DNA from: Naegleria gruberi
Taxonomy: Eukaryota
Length of the DNA: 64,000 nucleotides
NCBI GenBank assembly: GCA_000004985.1
Contig: GG738855.1
Direction: 5' to 3' (one strand)
This document shows, one piece after another, positions 53,564-64,000 of the stretch. Under the pieces are notes generated by a model. That model searched no databases. It saw only the letters and a list, made by a program, of their open reading frames with translations, and was not told the origin of the DNA. Each line of letters opens with the position of its first letter. The stretch's first letter is position 1. The position numbers and the translations under genes were made by a program.

Positions 53564-55453
53564 TTACTCTTCTTCATAATCTTCTTCAAAGCCAAGATCA
53601 GAGTGGTATGATCTTCTATTGTTATTGTTTGAATCAAAGAATGATCTACCACCTCTGGTTGAGCTTCCACCTCTACTACTACTGAATCCACCTCTACTAC
53701 CACCACCTCTACCATTGGCCATGCCAAATCCACCTCTACTACCACCTCCAAAGAAGTTTGAGGAACCTCCTCTACCTCCTCTGCTACCGCCTCCTCTGAA
53801 TCCCTTGGCATATCTGAGTTTATCTCTTCCTTCAACAATGAATGGTGGGACTTCTTGTTTGGCTTCTTCTAATACAGTAATAAGGTCATCAGCAATTTGA
53901 TTATTCTTATCAGTAAAGAAACTAGTACTAATACCAGTATTACCAGCACGACCAGTTCTACCAATTCTGTGAACATAATCTTCAATATTTTCTGGAAGAT
54001 CATAATTAATAACGTGACCTACATCGTTGATATCTAAACCTCTACTAGCAACATCAGTTGCGACCAAAATTGGTGTGATACCTCTTCTAAAGTTTTCAAG
54101 AGCTGTTTCTCTTTCTCTTTGTGTTTTATCTCCGTGAATGGATGATGATTTGAAACCATTCTTCATTAAGAAGTATTCCAAGATACTAGCTTCCTTCTTA
54201 GTCTTGACAAATACCAATGTAAGTGTTTCAACAGATGCAATAGCTTCAAGCATCAAGTCACGTTTCTCGTCGTCTTTGCAATAAACAAACTTTTGCAAAA
54301 TATTTTCGTGAGTACTACCGACTCTACCAACAGTCAAGTTCAAATTGTTGTGTAAAAAGTCACGGGCCAAAGTTTGAATATTCTTTGGGAAAGTAGCACT
54401 GAACATAAGTGTGATACGTTGGCCTGGAGCTGGCATACCAGTCTTTTCTACAATATAACGAATTTGTGGTTCGAAACCCATATCTAACATTCTATCGGCT
54501 TCGTCCAAAACCAAGTATTGAACATTGTGGAGGGAAATTGAACCTCTGTCAATGAGGTCAACCAATCTACCAGGTGTAGCAACCAAAATGTCACAACCTC
54601 TTTCTAATTGTTTAAGTTGATATTGAATAGCAGCACCACCATAAGCAACGACAGTTCTTCTACCAGTGTGATAAGTAAACTTTCTAGATTCATCATAAAT
54701 TTGAGTACTCAATTCACGAGTTGGAGCCATAATCAAAACAGATGGACAAGTAACAAGGGTATCCATCAATTCAGGATGAGGCATAACAGTTTCGTAACCA
54801 GGTTGAGTCATCAAATTAGAAATGATAGGGAACAAGAAAGCGCAAGTCTTACCAGAACCTGTTTGTGCACAAGACAATAAATCTCTACCAGCAAGGACGA
54901 TAGGAATACTGTGCTTTTGGACAGGTGTTGGTTTACCAAAACCAGCTCTTTCAATGTTTTGCATCAACTTTGGTGGAAGGTTGGCTTCCTTGAAAGCAGC
55001 AATTGGTGGAATAATATCTTTACCAGTGACTTTAACTGGAATGTCTTCATAGGCATCAAAGTTAATACCGGTACTCTTAGACTTGAAGAGTTCTTCAGTT
55101 TCAACATCTTCTCTGGTGTAAGCATCTCTACTACGGTCAGTGAAGGCTGGCTTTCTTTCTTCTCTATCATAACTTCTTCTGTTGTCATAGCTTCTTCTAT
55201 TGTTGTCAAAAGAGTCATTGTCATCCGATTTGCTCCAATCAACAGCTACTCTACTATTGGTTGGTTTGTTGTTGTTATTGTTGGAACTGAAGATATCACC
55301 AGTGAATTTTCTTTGTTGGGCAGAACCATTACCATTACTGCTGCTGTTTTGTCTTTGTGAGAATGGTTTATCGCTTGATGAAGATGATGATGGTGGAGAG
55401 TCAGCTTGTTCCAAAAGCTTTTGTCTCATATGAGGGGGAATGTATTTGGACAT
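53564..55453 (-). CDS. DDX3: DEAD-box ATP-dependent RNA helicase of the DDX3/Ded1 family, about 630 aa
   Basis: Q motif PTPVQKHSIP, motif I AQTGSGKT, PTRELSTQI, DEADRMLDMGF, SAT, ATDVASRGLDI, HRIGRTGR. Arg/Asn-rich N-terminus and a GG/RGG-rich C-terminus. First ATG at 55453 (MSKYIPPHMRQ); the track ORF extends upstream from a non-ATG start. Confidence 0.9.
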   Translation of the reverse strand: MSKYIPPHMRQKLLEQADSPPSSSSSSDKPFSQRQNSSSNGNGSAQQRKFTGDIFSSNNNNNKPTNSRVAVDWSKSDDNDSFDNNRRSYDNRRSYDREERKPAFTDRSRDAYTREDVETEELFKSKSTGINFDAYEDIPVKVTGKDIIPPIAAFKEANLPPKLMQNIERAGFGKPTPVQKHSIPIVLAGRDLLSCAQTGSGKTCAFLFPIISNLMTQPGYETVMPHPELMDTLVTCPSVLIMAPTRELSTQIYDESRKFTYHTGRRTVVAYGGAAIQYQLKQLERGCDILVATPGRLVDLIDRGSISLHNVQYLVLDEADRMLDMGFEPQIRYIVEKTGMPAPGQRITLMFSATFPKNIQTLARDFLHNNLNLTVGRVGSTHENILQKFVYCKDDEKRDLMLEAIASVETLTLVFVKTKKEASILEYFLMKNGFKSSSIHGDKTQRERETALENFRRGITPILVATDVASRGLDINDVGHVINYDLPENIEDYVHRIGRTGRAGNTGISTSFFTDKNNQIADDLITVLEEAKQEVPPFIVEGRDKLRYAKGFRGGGSRGGRGGSSNFFGGGSRGGFGMANGRGGGSRGGFSSSRGGSSTRGGRSFFDSNNNNRRSYHSDLGFEEDYEEE

Positions 55454-56337
55454 ATTCTTTTTATCGTTTCTATAAAATTGTTTGGATAAATGATTAGTTT
55501 TTATACTTTGTAAAACATAAACTCCTTCAAGTTGGCAATGAACATTCGATAACAACAAAAGTAAAAATAGTTTGTTATCAACATCAGGATAAACATTAGA
55601 TAAATTTTGGATAATATTTGTTTCAACCGCATAGTGTCGATAGATAGCAATGATAGAATATTAATTTCAAAAGGGTCAAAATGAATATTAATACGTTGTT
55701 TAAACATACCTTGTGATAGGGTAATTGATGGGATTGTTGTATTTTTTTTGACCAATTTTTGCAAAGTCAGCATTATTTCAATGTTGTTGGAGAATCTTTT
55801 GCGTCACGTGGATTGAATATTCTTTAATGTTGCTTGTGCAAAGTAACCTAGGTTTTAATAATTATCTAGCTATTAATAATAATTGAAGGTAATGTATTGT
55901 ATTAATCGATGATAATATCTGTTTAATACTTGATGTTATAGACAATTTTGCTTTTTGTTTTCCTATAGATTATCAAAAATCGGTTTAAAGTGTGGTAATG
56001 AGGAATATCGAGATGATGATTATGTTGATATAGAATCCGATTCAAAAAACTCATTAGAAAAACAAGGGTTTTATACACCAATACTCACCAGCTAAAATTG
56101 TTCAATTTTTTTGTTCAATTAATTTTTCATCTTTTAAATTGATTGCTTCACCATTCAGCAATGGACAACAGTGGGAGATTTAAAATTGACCTGAAATTGA
56201 ATTATTATATTATTTAAATGATTGTAATTCTTCAAGAATTGGAATGTGTATGATTAGCAGTTCCTTCAATGTTCTCAAAACCATTGAGTCACTTACAATT
56301 TCATTTTCTCAATAATTGTGGAAAATCAAGAAGAAAA

Positions 56338-57295
56338 AATGTCATCATCATTGGATATGGAAAAGTTATTGAATGAATCTTGGAGAACAACCAATCTCCC
56401 TGAAATCATTAAAAAACAAAAAGATGCTGAAAAGTTTATTGGTACCACAAGAAGTAAAGATGTTATTCCTAAACTTGAAAATACCTTCAGAGCACTAAAT
56501 GATATGAAATCAGTCTCTGATTGCAAAGTTGTCATCTTCGGACAAGGTATGTTTGAATGTAGTTGTGTGATTATTTACTTTAATAATGATTATCATCACT
56601 AGATCCATATCCGAGAGAAGAAAGTGCAATTGGTGTTGCTTTTTATGATGGTCAAATTAAAAAGTGGTCAGATGCCATGTCTCCTTCATTTAGAAATATC
56701 ATTAAAAATGTTTTGATCAGTGCTGATGAATTGAAAACTTCTGATAAAGTGGAAGCATTGAGAAGTAAAATTGAAAAGTTGAAATTACTTCCTCCACCAC
56801 AATGGTTTGAAGATACCATGTCACAAAATGTACTGTGGCTCAATACTGCATTGACTTTTAGTGGAAAGGAGAAAACTGACTTGGATAAGCATACTAAATT
56901 CTGGAAACCAATTATTGAAGGAATTTTACAAGTAGTTTTGAAAGCAACTGAGAAGGGAATTGTATTTGTACTTTGGGGAGGAATTGCTAAAAAGTTAAAG
57001 ACCACGATCAATAATATTGCCAAGAAGGAGGGTAAAACTGTTAAATTTGTCGGTAAGTTTAGGTAGAATTAGTTCAATCTAATTGAAAATTAAAGAGGCT
57101 AACCATCCAGCTGTAGAATCATTCCACGATGTGAACTCATTTTCAGACATTAACAAACATCTCAAAGAGTTAGGTCATGAAGAAATTGATTGGCTTCCAA
57201 CTTCAAAGAAGAGAAAACAAGAAGAATCAAAGACAACTACCACAAGCTCGTCATCAGATAATGACGAATCATCTTTAAAAAAACAAAAGAAGTAA
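56338..57295 (+). CDS. UNG: Uracil-DNA glycosylase (UNG family 1), three exons: about 56338..56546, 56603..57052, 57096..57295
   Basis: KVVIFGQ|DPY across intron 1 (CAAG|GTATGT...ACTAG|AT). NVLWLNTALTF, VFVLWGGIAKK, and ...FVEANHPAVESF with IDW across intron 2 (GTCG|GTAAGT...TTAAAG|AG). The water-activating loop reads GQDPYP rather than the usual GQDPYH. The track ORF start 56318 and end 56602 do not both agree with my hand-indexed positions (I place the start at 56317 and find an extra T near 56400-56401). This is either a 1-nt transcription or indexing error on my side or a real sequence anomaly, so treat the UNG exon coordinates as +-1-2 nt. Confidence 0.8.
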
Positions 57296-57390
57296 ACTAT
57301 TAATGGGAATATTTATTGCCATACGACAAGAAGTACCAACTTTGGAATCGTTAAACAATTCAAAAAAAATGACCAAAGAGTTAAGGAAAG

Positions 57391-57780
57391 TTGTTCACCT
57401 TGAAAAATTTCCACCCCTCACTGAATTCAAGCCTTCCTTTTCAGCTTCACATTGTGAGTATAACAACTCTTAAACATCGCTTCCTTCGTGAGGACCAACT
57501 TTTTTTTGATGGAATGGTAAAGGACCACTTTGTATGTGGGAAAGAAAGCCAAGAGTTCCAAGGTTATTCACAAACAGCAAAGGACAAACTAACAAGTATG
57601 GTCAACTGGCCAAATTGCAAAATTGTTGAATACAGTGCTGCAAAAGACTTACTATTTGACAGGTATTTTATTAGAGTGTTTGTAGATAAAGAATTTCATG
57701 ATTCTCTCGATTCTCTCGCCACGTACATTGATAATGGTTCAATTAGATTGATAAGATCAAGTGTGAAAGATCATTTCTGA
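57391..57780 (+). CDS. Hypothetical protein (ORF of 129 aa; true 5' end unclear)
   Basis: ORF in frame from a non-ATG start. An upstream ATG at about 57369 is in another frame and ends at a GTGAGT, but I could not find a phase-compatible acceptor. Confidence 0.3.
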   Translation: MFTLKNFHPSLNSSLPFQLHIVSITTLKHRFLREDQLFFDGMVKDHFVCGKESQEFQGYSQTAKDKLTSMVNWPNCKIVEYSAAKDLLFDRYFIRVFVDKEFHDSLDSLATYIDNGSIRLIRSSVKDHF

Positions 57781-58107
57781 ACCGATATACCAGAAGTTCA
57801 AAAATTAACTCTAGAAAATGTCAAGACGATAACTGTTGGATTGATATCATCGTTTACAGATTTAGAGCCCATTCTATTATTTATATGTACTCTTGATGTG
57901 TCAGGTAATGAAATTCTTGAATACTATGGGTCAACTCCTAACTGCAGTTGTTGTGTACAGGGTAAAAGAGTTTTAAAGATGGTGATAATGATCAAAATCA
58001 TCATTGTTCAAAATTATATTGGCAAAGCATTTTGAGGTTCGTCTTTATTAAATTAAGAATGACATTAATAATCCGTATCGATAATCTCACAACTTAACTT
58101 CCTTTGA

Positions 58108-60343
58108 ATGAATGGCGTCAAAAAAATGCTCGCATCAACCTCAACAGCTTTCCCTCAATCATCATCATTCGATGGTAACAATAATGAGGAAAATTCAAAG
58201 CAATCTTTTCGGAAGTTGAGAATTGAGGCACCACCAATAGTACAATATGAATTTGATAGAAGAGGAGGAGGAAGTACATCAAAACAACTTCCTCCACTAT
58301 TAGCAAATCAACCAAGAACCATTTCCAATGGTGATATTCTCTCCACTCCAACTAACAGGAGGTTATCTCCCGTGCTTAAGAGATCGATGAGTGCATCACC
58401 ATCAACAGAAATGGGACTTGAATCACCGGTCCTTCTAATTTCTAAACCTTTTGAAAGTGAAAATGATGGCTTTGAGCCGGGAGAGGCATCAGAAGCTGAA
58501 TTGTTGGAAAGAGGTGCACTCTTTTATTCACCACTTTTCATTTAGGAACAGATTAACAGTAGGACCTGAGATTAGGTCCCCAACACCTCCAAGGCTAAAG
58601 AGAGGGTATTCAAATAGATCTCTCAAAGAAATACCTACAGAATTACTCCCAACCATTGTCTCAGTATCATCACCAACATCATCTAATCTTTCACCCTCTC
58701 CACTATTAGAGGAAGTCAGAAGACAACAAGGTGACCTTTCCATTCCTATTTCTCCTTCTTCAAACTCATCACTTCCTCCAACACCACCATCAATTAAAGG
58801 AAGACTCTCGAAACAACCTTCATTTACAGATCCTAATGCTAGAAGAATGAAAAGTTCGGGAAGTTCAACTGGTACCTTTCTTACGGAAGTTTCCTTAAAG
58901 TCTATGGATAGTTTTTTCATTCCAAGCCCTCCTAAACAAGTTCATTTACTTCCAGATTTTCTCTTTTCCCCCCAAACAGAAAATATTGAAAATTGCAGAT
59001 TTCCTTCTGATTTTAATAATCCTCAATTTCCAAGAAATAGACCCCTAAATCCAAAATATGTGTTGAACAAGACTCTCATACTATATTTCCCTTCTCTCTT
59101 CTCAGATTACACTAATTCAGAACATAGAATTCAGTTTAATGACTTATTTTTGACAGAGCAAAATCAATCGATACTAATTGACTCTTTTTGGTGGTTTTTC
59201 TTGACTGTATTTTCAAAGGATTATCTTTTAAGAAAAGCAGTTCAATATTACGAGTACATGATAGAGAAGGAGTTGGAGAAGAGAAAAGAAAAGAATAACT
59301 TTTTCCTAAGAAAGGAACAACACAAAGTTTACAAAGAGAAAGGAGAGAATTGGGCAAACCAAGTTTATAAGAAACTTTTAGGAGAATTACCTGCCATTGA
59401 AAATAGAATTTCTAATAATTATGCAGAGCTTGTTGTTAAATTTATTACTCACAGATCTTACACCATCAAGACAAATATACAACTTGATTTGGATGATATA
59501 TTTATTGAGGTTATTTCGAAATCTGTTTTTCTTGCTTATGGGTTAAATTTTCCAGATTGTCATGAAATATTCGAAACAGAAGCGTTTCAAGCAAGAGTAG
59601 CGAGACAATTTCAATTGTGGTGTTTTGGTGTCTGTACCATTAATTTACCATTTCTTGACACCTTATGGATGTTTAAAATGGAGTTGAAATCACCTCCCTA
59701 TGTAAGGGATGAGCATTCTCTATCTCCAAAGCAAAGATTCAAGAGAGCTATCCAAGCTGTCAGAGTTGGTTACAATGAAAGTATTGTTAAAACAAAGGAA
59801 GTGAGAGAAGAATTAGAAAAGGCATTGGATAACCTTGAATATAATGATTATTCACCAGCCTACAATTTATTTGAGATGTTTTTTGAAGATGAATCTGAAT
59901 TTGCAGCAATTAGAAAACAAAACAAAAGGTTGCAAATTATGGAGGCGTTCACTTCTGGAGCTACTCTTAAAGAAGAAGAATTGAATGAAATTATTGAATG
60001 TGACGATAGGGATGAAGAGCTATTTATTGAACTTCAAATATTAAAAGAAAAGAAGGAAAAGAACATATTTGCCAAACCTCTTCCTTCTAAAGATATCAAG
60101 GAAATAGCTGCTGTCAGAGAGAAAGCTTGGTATGAAATGGGTGAAGGAACAACTAAAACGCTTGTTACAAATATTAAACAAGTGAAAACACTAGGAACCT
60201 TTAAAACCTATTCACACAGCAAAAAATCAAGCCCTCTAGTTTCTCAATATTTGACCTTACTTCGTCACAATAAGGCAACTCAAAGAAAGCAAGAACGATT
60301 TGAAAAGAGAATGGAATTAAGAAAAAATTACATGAAGGAATAG
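58108..60343 (+). CDS. FWWh-domain (FAM227-like) protein, about 730 aa. Probably two exons: 58108..58502 and 58546..60343; alternatively a frameshift at 58451-58545
   Basis: The conserved block ...QSILIDSFWWFFLTVFSKDYLLRKAVQYYEYM... matches the FWWh motif family. Two overlapping ORFs (58108..58545 and 58451..60343) can be joined by a 43-nt intron (TT|GTTGGA...CATTTAG|G), but the donor is weak. Confidence 0.55.
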
Positions 60344-60444
60344 TATTTGTAAATTCTAGTGCAAATTTAGAATGGATTGCTTTGCGAGAGAAGAAATACC
60401 CATTGGTGCATTGGTGCCGAGAATAGATGATACACTTTAAAAAA

Positions 60445-60915
60445 ATGTTTTCATTCAATGATATCGATTGTATCCTTCCTGGAAAGCTCTATCTCGGAAA
60501 CGAACTAGGAGCTGATTGTCTAGAATCATTACAAGAACACTCAATCACACATGTAGTGCAGATAAGAAGTCCTTTCCTTTATTATTCATCAATTGTTCCT
60601 TTTCCTGATAATTTCAAATATCTTCAGTTAAATTTTGCTGATAACGACAAGACAGAAATTCAACAATACTTTTCCGAGACTTTTGAATTTATTTCCTCTG
60701 CTTTGGAAAATTCTGGAATTGTGTATGTGCACTGTGCAATGGGTGTTTCTAGAAGTTCATCAATTGTAATTGCTTTTCTAATGAAATATATGAAATTAGA
60801 TTTCAATAATGCACTTTCAATAGTTGAGAGATGTAGACCTATTGTTCAACCAAATCAAGGATTCATCAAACAATTACAAGAATATGAAAATAAATTAAAG
60901 GAACAATCTCTGTGA
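60445..60915 (+). CDS. Dual-specificity protein phosphatase (DUSP), about 156 aa
   Basis: Catalytic loop VHCAMGVSRSSSIVIAFLM (HCxxGxxRS) with the upstream general-acid region. First ATG at 60445. Confidence 0.8.
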   Translation: MFSFNDIDCILPGKLYLGNELGADCLESLQEHSITHVVQIRSPFLYYSSIVPFPDNFKYLQLNFADNDKTEIQQYFSETFEFISSALENSGIVYVHCAMGVSRSSSIVIAFLMKYMKLDFNNALSIVERCRPIVQPNQGFIKQLQEYENKLKEQSL

Positions 60916-60979
60916 TAGCAGATTCATTTCAGTATGCCGAAAATTAAATATTAATAATTTAAATTCTTAGAAATAAAAA

Positions 60980-62179
60980 ATGCTTCAACAATCAACAAGA
61001 TTTGCACTCAGAAAATTTAATCATCATCACACCCCTTCGGGTTTATTATTTTGGAATCCGTCATGTAATTCCTTCCACGCTAATAATTGTTTTAAACAAG
61101 CAAGCGAAGGAACACCATCAAAAAGCATGGATGTTATTTATCAGGAATTAGAAAATCAGAGACAATATTACTTGAATTACGTAAAGAAGAAGGAAGAAAC
61201 AGATGAAGAAGTTCTTCAAAATTATAATGCTCTTTTTAGACCATTTTTAAAAGCCTATATTAAAGATATTCGTTTTCTAGTTGATCGTTATGAACCTCTC
61301 CGAATTCAAAAAGAAATAGAAAAGGATATTAAAGATGGTAATATGCCAAAGAAATACAATGTTAGTTGGGTTACACCTAGTGCTGTTAGTCAATTTAGAA
61401 CTGAAAATCAACCTCTTGCATTAAGACTTCTTGGTTTCTTTGGACAAGAATCAATTATTAACAGATCCACTGACTTTGTCTGGAACATGATATTAAATCA
61501 TATCAATGCTATTAGAAAGAGTGGAATTTATGAAAAAGTTAATCTTGGTAATGTTAGTTGGACTGGTTCAGACTTTTTCGTTTGGACTTTACATTTGTGG
61601 GTAATTTTCAGAAGATTACGTTTTGAAGGAAGTGATGGCGATTTAATGTCAAAGAAATTGTGTGATAGATTTTGGAATTATGTTGAACATTACATTAATG
61701 ATACTTATAAGGTTAATGCATATACTCTTCCAAAGAATTTAAAGAGACTCCAACAAATTCACTACGGTATTTGTATTCAATTGGATGAAATTCTTGATTT
61801 GGAAAATTCTGCCAACACAACTGATTCTGCTCCTTCCTCATGGGATCCAAAAACTTTATCAGAACTTATTAAGGATTCTTCAGATCAAGATTCTTTGATT
61901 GCAGAAGTTGTTTGGAGAAATTTCTATTGTGGTGGTGTTGAATTTAAAAACTTGGATGTTGACGATACAGTTTCTGGTGAGGTTGAAGTGACAGCAGAGG
62001 ATGTATTATTCTGGACTAGATATATTCGTTACTTGTTGTGTTGGACTGATCACGTCGACTCTGTAATTTTGATGAGAGGATTATTCCATTATCACTTGCC
62101 TCAAGATGATTTTGTAACAAAATTCAAAGCAGGAGATGCTGCATTCGCTCCACCTTATCTTCCAACTACCAAAAAATAA
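60980..62179 (+). CDS. Ubiquinol-cytochrome c reductase assembly chaperone Cbp3/UQCC1-like protein, 399 aa
   Basis: The central block ...SDFFVWTLHLWVIFRRLRFEGSDGDLMSKKLCDRFWNYVEHYIN...LPKNLKRLQQIHYG resembles the Cbp3 domain (hydrophobic-W...LH.W....RL... then FW.......R). Basic N-terminus compatible with a presequence. Confidence 0.55.
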   Translation: MLQQSTRFALRKFNHHHTPSGLLFWNPSCNSFHANNCFKQASEGTPSKSMDVIYQELENQRQYYLNYVKKKEETDEEVLQNYNALFRPFLKAYIKDIRFLVDRYEPLRIQKEIEKDIKDGNMPKKYNVSWVTPSAVSQFRTENQPLALRLLGFFGQESIINRSTDFVWNMILNHINAIRKSGIYEKVNLGNVSWTGSDFFVWTLHLWVIFRRLRFEGSDGDLMSKKLCDRFWNYVEHYINDTYKVNAYTLPKNLKRLQQIHYGICIQLDEILDLENSANTTDSAPSSWDPKTLSELIKDSSDQDSLIAEVVWRNFYCGGVEFKNLDVDDTVSGEVEVTAEDVLFWTRYIRYLLCWTDHVDSVILMRGLFHYHLPQDDFVTKFKAGDAAFAPPYLPTTKK

Positions 62180-62341
62180 ATACAGGGACAACTAATATAA
62201 AATTCAGTCAACTAAGGTTTTATTTGTTGGATTGGGATGGTTTCAATTTACAATATTTTCTCTCTGAAAGCAATTAAAATCATTGGTTGACTAAAAATAT
62301 TAGAAAATGCCAAAACTCGAATTATATTTTAAACTCCAAAT

Positions 62342-63491
62342 CTATTCGTTTGATGATGATGCTGTTGCTGCCTTTTCCTTTTGTTTTTCTTCGTACTTTT
62401 GTAAAAATCGCAAAGCAACAAGAGAGGCATTTTGTTCAGCCAGTTTACGACTAGGGAATAATTTTGACAACATGAATTCCTTCTTGATTGGTTTTTCAAT
62501 AACTACTGAGATTCTTTCACCATTTTCTTGTGGATTTTGTTTTGGAAGCTTTTCATATTTAGCATCTGGGTATTTTCTAGATTGTGTATAGTTCAATAAT
62601 TGTTCCTTTGGAGTTTGTTTTTCCTTCCAAGAAGATGGATCATATTCCTCATCAATTTCTTCACTAATTTCTTCCTCATCATCACCTTCCAAGAACAAAT
62701 CTTCATCGATAGCATCTTCTGGAATTTCATAGACGGTTTCATCAGCTTCTTCGTCATCTACGAAGAGAGCTTCATTCATCTTGAACAATTCACGACCAGA
62801 CAAACCTTGACCAGACTTTTCATAGAGAGCCATTTGTAATTTACGTTTTCTTTCTTCTTCCTTCTTTTGTTGTTCAACCTTGAATTGCTTCCATTTAGTG
62901 AAGGATTCATATGTAACAGGTGTACCATCCATAATCTTGGCTCTTTCCTTTTCAACAATTTCTTCAATAGAAAGTTCAGCTTCATCAGCCATTTCTTGTT
63001 CAAGGGAATCAAAGGTAACTTCTTCACCTTCTTGTCCTTCTTCTGTTGATGCTTCTTCAGCCTTTTCATCCTTCTTACCATCAATAGTTTTGAACAAATC
63101 CTTTAATTCTTGTTCTCTCTTCTTTTGAGCCAACTTTTCAAGACGTTTCTTTTCCTTTTCTGCCATTTCCTGCTTGACTTTCTTGTCATGGACTTGGTTA
63201 ACAGTGTTGGAAACACTCTTAACATAGGTTTGAACGGTCTTTGATTTGTTCTTATTCTTCAAACCAAAGGTCTTGTCTTCAATAATTTTGTTTTTTTGTT
63301 TCTACAAGAACAACAACATTCCGCATACAAGTATTCGTTAATGATACAAATTATCCAATAATTCAATACAATTATAACAACATAATAATAAGCGTCATCA
63401 CAAGAACGATTGAAGTACTCCATCAATAACAACATTCCGTTAAAAAACTTACTTGCTCAGTCTTCTTGCTCACTTTTGGTGGTCCAGCCAT
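62342..63491 (-). CDS. ZC3H15: DRG-family regulatory protein DFRP1 / ZC3H15 (yeast Tma46)-like, lacking the CCCH zinc fingers. Two exons: 63453..63491 and 62342..63301; intron 63302..63452
   Basis: Exon 1 MAGPPKVSKKTEQ|(GTAAGT). Exon 2 KQKNKIIEDKTFGLKNKNKSKTVQTYVKSV matches the ZC3H15 N-terminus (KIIEDKTFGLKNKKG). The downstream block ELSIEEIVEKERAKIMDGTPVTYESFTKWKQFK...SGRELF...DDEEADE matches the DFRP domain ([32 protein letters not shown]...SGREVF...DDDEEAD). Confidence 0.75.
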
Positions 63492-63686
63492 TTTTCAAAA
63501 ATATTTTTTTTTACAACGCGTTTTATGAAATTGAATTTTATTCCGAAGCCATGCTTATGGCCCTTTGTGTCTTCATGTTCATCACTTGAATAGACAAGAA
63601 CATGAAACAATATTATAATATTTCTAACAAAATGTCATCTAAGAATAAGCGATTTTTGAAAAATTACTCTGATTTAATATTTTTAT

Positions 63687-64000
63687 TTACATTAAATAAA
63701 TCAATGAAAGCAAAATTGAAAGAATGAGAGTGCCAAAACCTTGGAAAAGTGAAATGCCTAGAGAAACTCTGCCAATATTCCTTGTAGTGATGGTTCCAAA
63801 GAGGTATGGATCAGAGAAGAGTCTAACGGTGCAATTAGTGCAACCAGTTGTGTTGAGTTTAAGGAATTGCTTAAACTCAATGGTATCACCAACAATGGCA
63901 TGAACTGTGACATTTGTAGAAACAGCTGCATACAAGCTGGTATAGTCACCAAAAGGAACGAGTTGAGCTCCAGAAAATTGAGTTTGAACTGTATTTTGAT
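63687..64000 (-). CDS. Partial CDS (3' end; gene starts beyond window end) with a C-terminal hydrophobic tail (GPI-signal-like)
   Basis: Open frame on the minus strand from the window edge down to the stop at about 63687. It ends ...RNIGRVSLGISLFQGFGTLILSILLSLIYLM*. Confidence 0.35.
   Translation of the reverse strand, partial: QNTVQTQFSGAQLVPFGDYTSLYAAVSTNVTVHAIVGDTIEFKQFLKLNTTGCTNCTVRLFSDPYLFGTITTRNIGRVSLGISLFQGFGTLILSILLSLIYLM

Noticed and set aside
54608-55433. Several plus-strand ORFs (76-149 aa) inside the DDX3 locus
   Set aside because: Antisense to the DEAD-box helicase CDS; compositional artefacts.
1-64000. Prokaryotic-style features: operons, CRISPR arrays, restriction-modification or defence islands, insertion sequences, integrases
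   Set aside because: The window is spliceosomal-intron-containing eukaryotic DNA. There are no direct-repeat/spacer arrays, no transposase, reverse-transcriptase or integrase ORFs, no LTR or TIR pairs, and no rRNA.

Overview
This window is eukaryotic nuclear DNA, not prokaryotic. It is AT-rich (roughly 30% GC in coding sequence, lower between genes) and compact: about 36 protein-coding genes plus one tRNA on both strands in 64 kb. Codon bias is yeast-like (TTG, AGA, CAA, GGT), and N/S/Q/T-rich low-complexity tracts are frequent. Introns are spliceosomal GT-AG, mostly 40-56 nt, with donors GTAAGT, GTATGT, GTAGGT or GTTAGT and a pyrimidine-rich stretch before the AG. Several large genes (SNF2 ATPase, a 2471-aa adhesion protein, a 921-aa repeat protein) have no introns.

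Genes recognised from motifs:
- Chromatin, DNA and RNA: SNF2/Brahma ATPase with bromodomain, DDX3/Ded1 DEAD-box helicase, uracil-DNA glycosylase, Nudix/CoA pyrophosphatase, Rnl2-type RNA ligase, ZC3H15/DFRP1-like protein.
- Signalling: CDK9/CDK12-like kinase with an RD-rich N-terminus, SDS22 PP1 regulator, dual-specificity phosphatase, atypical Rho GTPase with CAAX box, RWP-RK transcription factor, ankyrin-RGS-START protein, F-box plus Ras-like pseudo-GTPase, myotrophin-like protein.
- Metabolism and mitochondria: ERG4/ERG24-family sterol reductase, uridine-kinase/PRK-family kinase, ES1/GATD3 homologue with a separately spliced targeting-peptide exon, Cbp3/UQCC1-like chaperone, GPH/MFSD2-like transporter.
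- Cytoskeleton and others: kinesin, a long coiled-coil protein, FWWh (FAM227-like) protein.
- Surface and secreted: a 2471-aa adhesion-type membrane protein, a novel ACSGF-repeat surface protein, a small antistasin-like secreted peptide.
- RNA gene: tRNA-Ile(AAU).

I found no CRISPR array, transposon, retroelement ORF, rRNA or prokaryotic operon structure. RWP-RK (absent from animals and most fungi) together with the Cbp3-like chaperone and the ES1 targeting exon (implying respiring mitochondria) and the FWWh protein point to an AT-rich protist-type genome; I cannot name the organism.

There is no discrete novel system of the defence-island kind. The interesting items are individual gene architectures, listed under findings. 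All intron boundaries were worked out by eye and may be off by 1-2 nt; one unresolved 1-nt mismatch with the ORF track near 56317-56401 is noted in the UNG feature.
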